Translations under genes and position numbers: made by a program
Shown: in pieces, positions 63,601 to 64,000 of the stretch
How positions within the stretch are numbered: position 1 is the stretch's first letter
How the letters are laid out: each line of letters opens with the position of its first letter
Assembly (NCBI RefSeq): GCF_036321535.1
Contig: NC_087469.1
Location: 17,050,001-17,114,000, forward strand
Source of the DNA: Camelus dromedarius
Taxonomy: Eukaryota
Reading direction: 5' to 3'
DNA: 64,000 bases
Notes under the pieces: model-generated
The model's input: only the letters and a program-made list of their open reading frames with translations
The model's database searches: none
Told to the model about the DNA's origin: nothing

Positions 63601-63877
63601 CAAGGTACAGACTTCTCAGAAGAATTTAGTTACAACCATGTATTTTGATAAAGACCCGAGGTGGTTTGCAGGCACTTTGTCTATTACACATCTGTTTTGG
63701 ATTTCTTAAGTATGTGTTTCTAGCTTTATCTGACTACTTCTTTCCATCTGCTCAGTCCTATTGACCGTATCTCCGAAACCAGAATTTAGGGATTCGGAAG
63801 GGAGAGATGGGGAAAGATTCACTTAAAACCAGAGGAACTGCACAGTGAAAAAAATTAAATTAAATTAAAGATGTGAC

Positions 63878-64000
63878 AGTGAATACATGTATGTTCATGT
63901 GTAACTGAAAAAATTGTGCTCTACACTGGAATTTCACACAACATTGTAAAATGACTATAACTCAAAAAAAAGTGTTTAAAAAATTTTAAAAAACCAAAAC
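63878..64000 (+). mobile_element. Camelid-type L1 3' tail
   Basis: catgtatgttcatgtgtaactgaaaaaattgtgctctacactggaatttcacacaacattgtaaaatgactataactc; same subfamily as the nested element at 61332-61527. Confidence 0.85.

Noticed and set aside
1-64000. CRISPR array, operon or other prokaryotic/viral system, NUMT, processed pseudogene
   Set aside because: No regularly spaced repeats, no dense ORF organisation, and no mitochondrial or mRNA-derived sequence recognised; the content is typical mammalian repeat-rich DNA.

Overview
This is mammalian, almost entirely non-coding genomic DNA, most likely from a camelid (alpaca, llama or camel). The inference rests on seven tRNA-Ala-derived SINEs matching the camelid Vic-1 type and on artiodactyl-type L1 3' ends. 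The dominant landmark is a ~3.5 kb CpG-island promoter (~9.74-13.2 kb) with a 188-N assembly gap at its core. The gap begins immediately after GGCTCACCAT, which reads either as a + strand Kozak start (CACCAT[G]) or as a - strand ATG|GTGAG first-exon donor, so the gene could not be identified. By eye, base skew flips across the island, and L1/LTR orientations downstream lean minus. Both fit a + strand gene with a very long first intron (>50 kb) plus divergent - strand transcription. The rest is MIR/L2/L1/DNA-transposon-rich sequence containing a second small CpG island (31.2-31.8 kb), a candidate non-coding exon (32917-33024), tandem CTCF motifs (1.6 kb), an RFX-type palindrome (22.5 kb) and an intact 515 bp solo ERV LTR (51356-51870). 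That LTR carries an exact compressed SOX-OCT motif, a second octamer and three CCAAT boxes, and is the most interesting single item. No protein-coding exon, RNA gene or novel multi-gene system is supported; the supplied ORFs look like chance ORFs from GC-rich or repeat DNA. Repeat family names come from recalled consensus similarity, not a database search, and repeat boundaries without a TSD are approximate.
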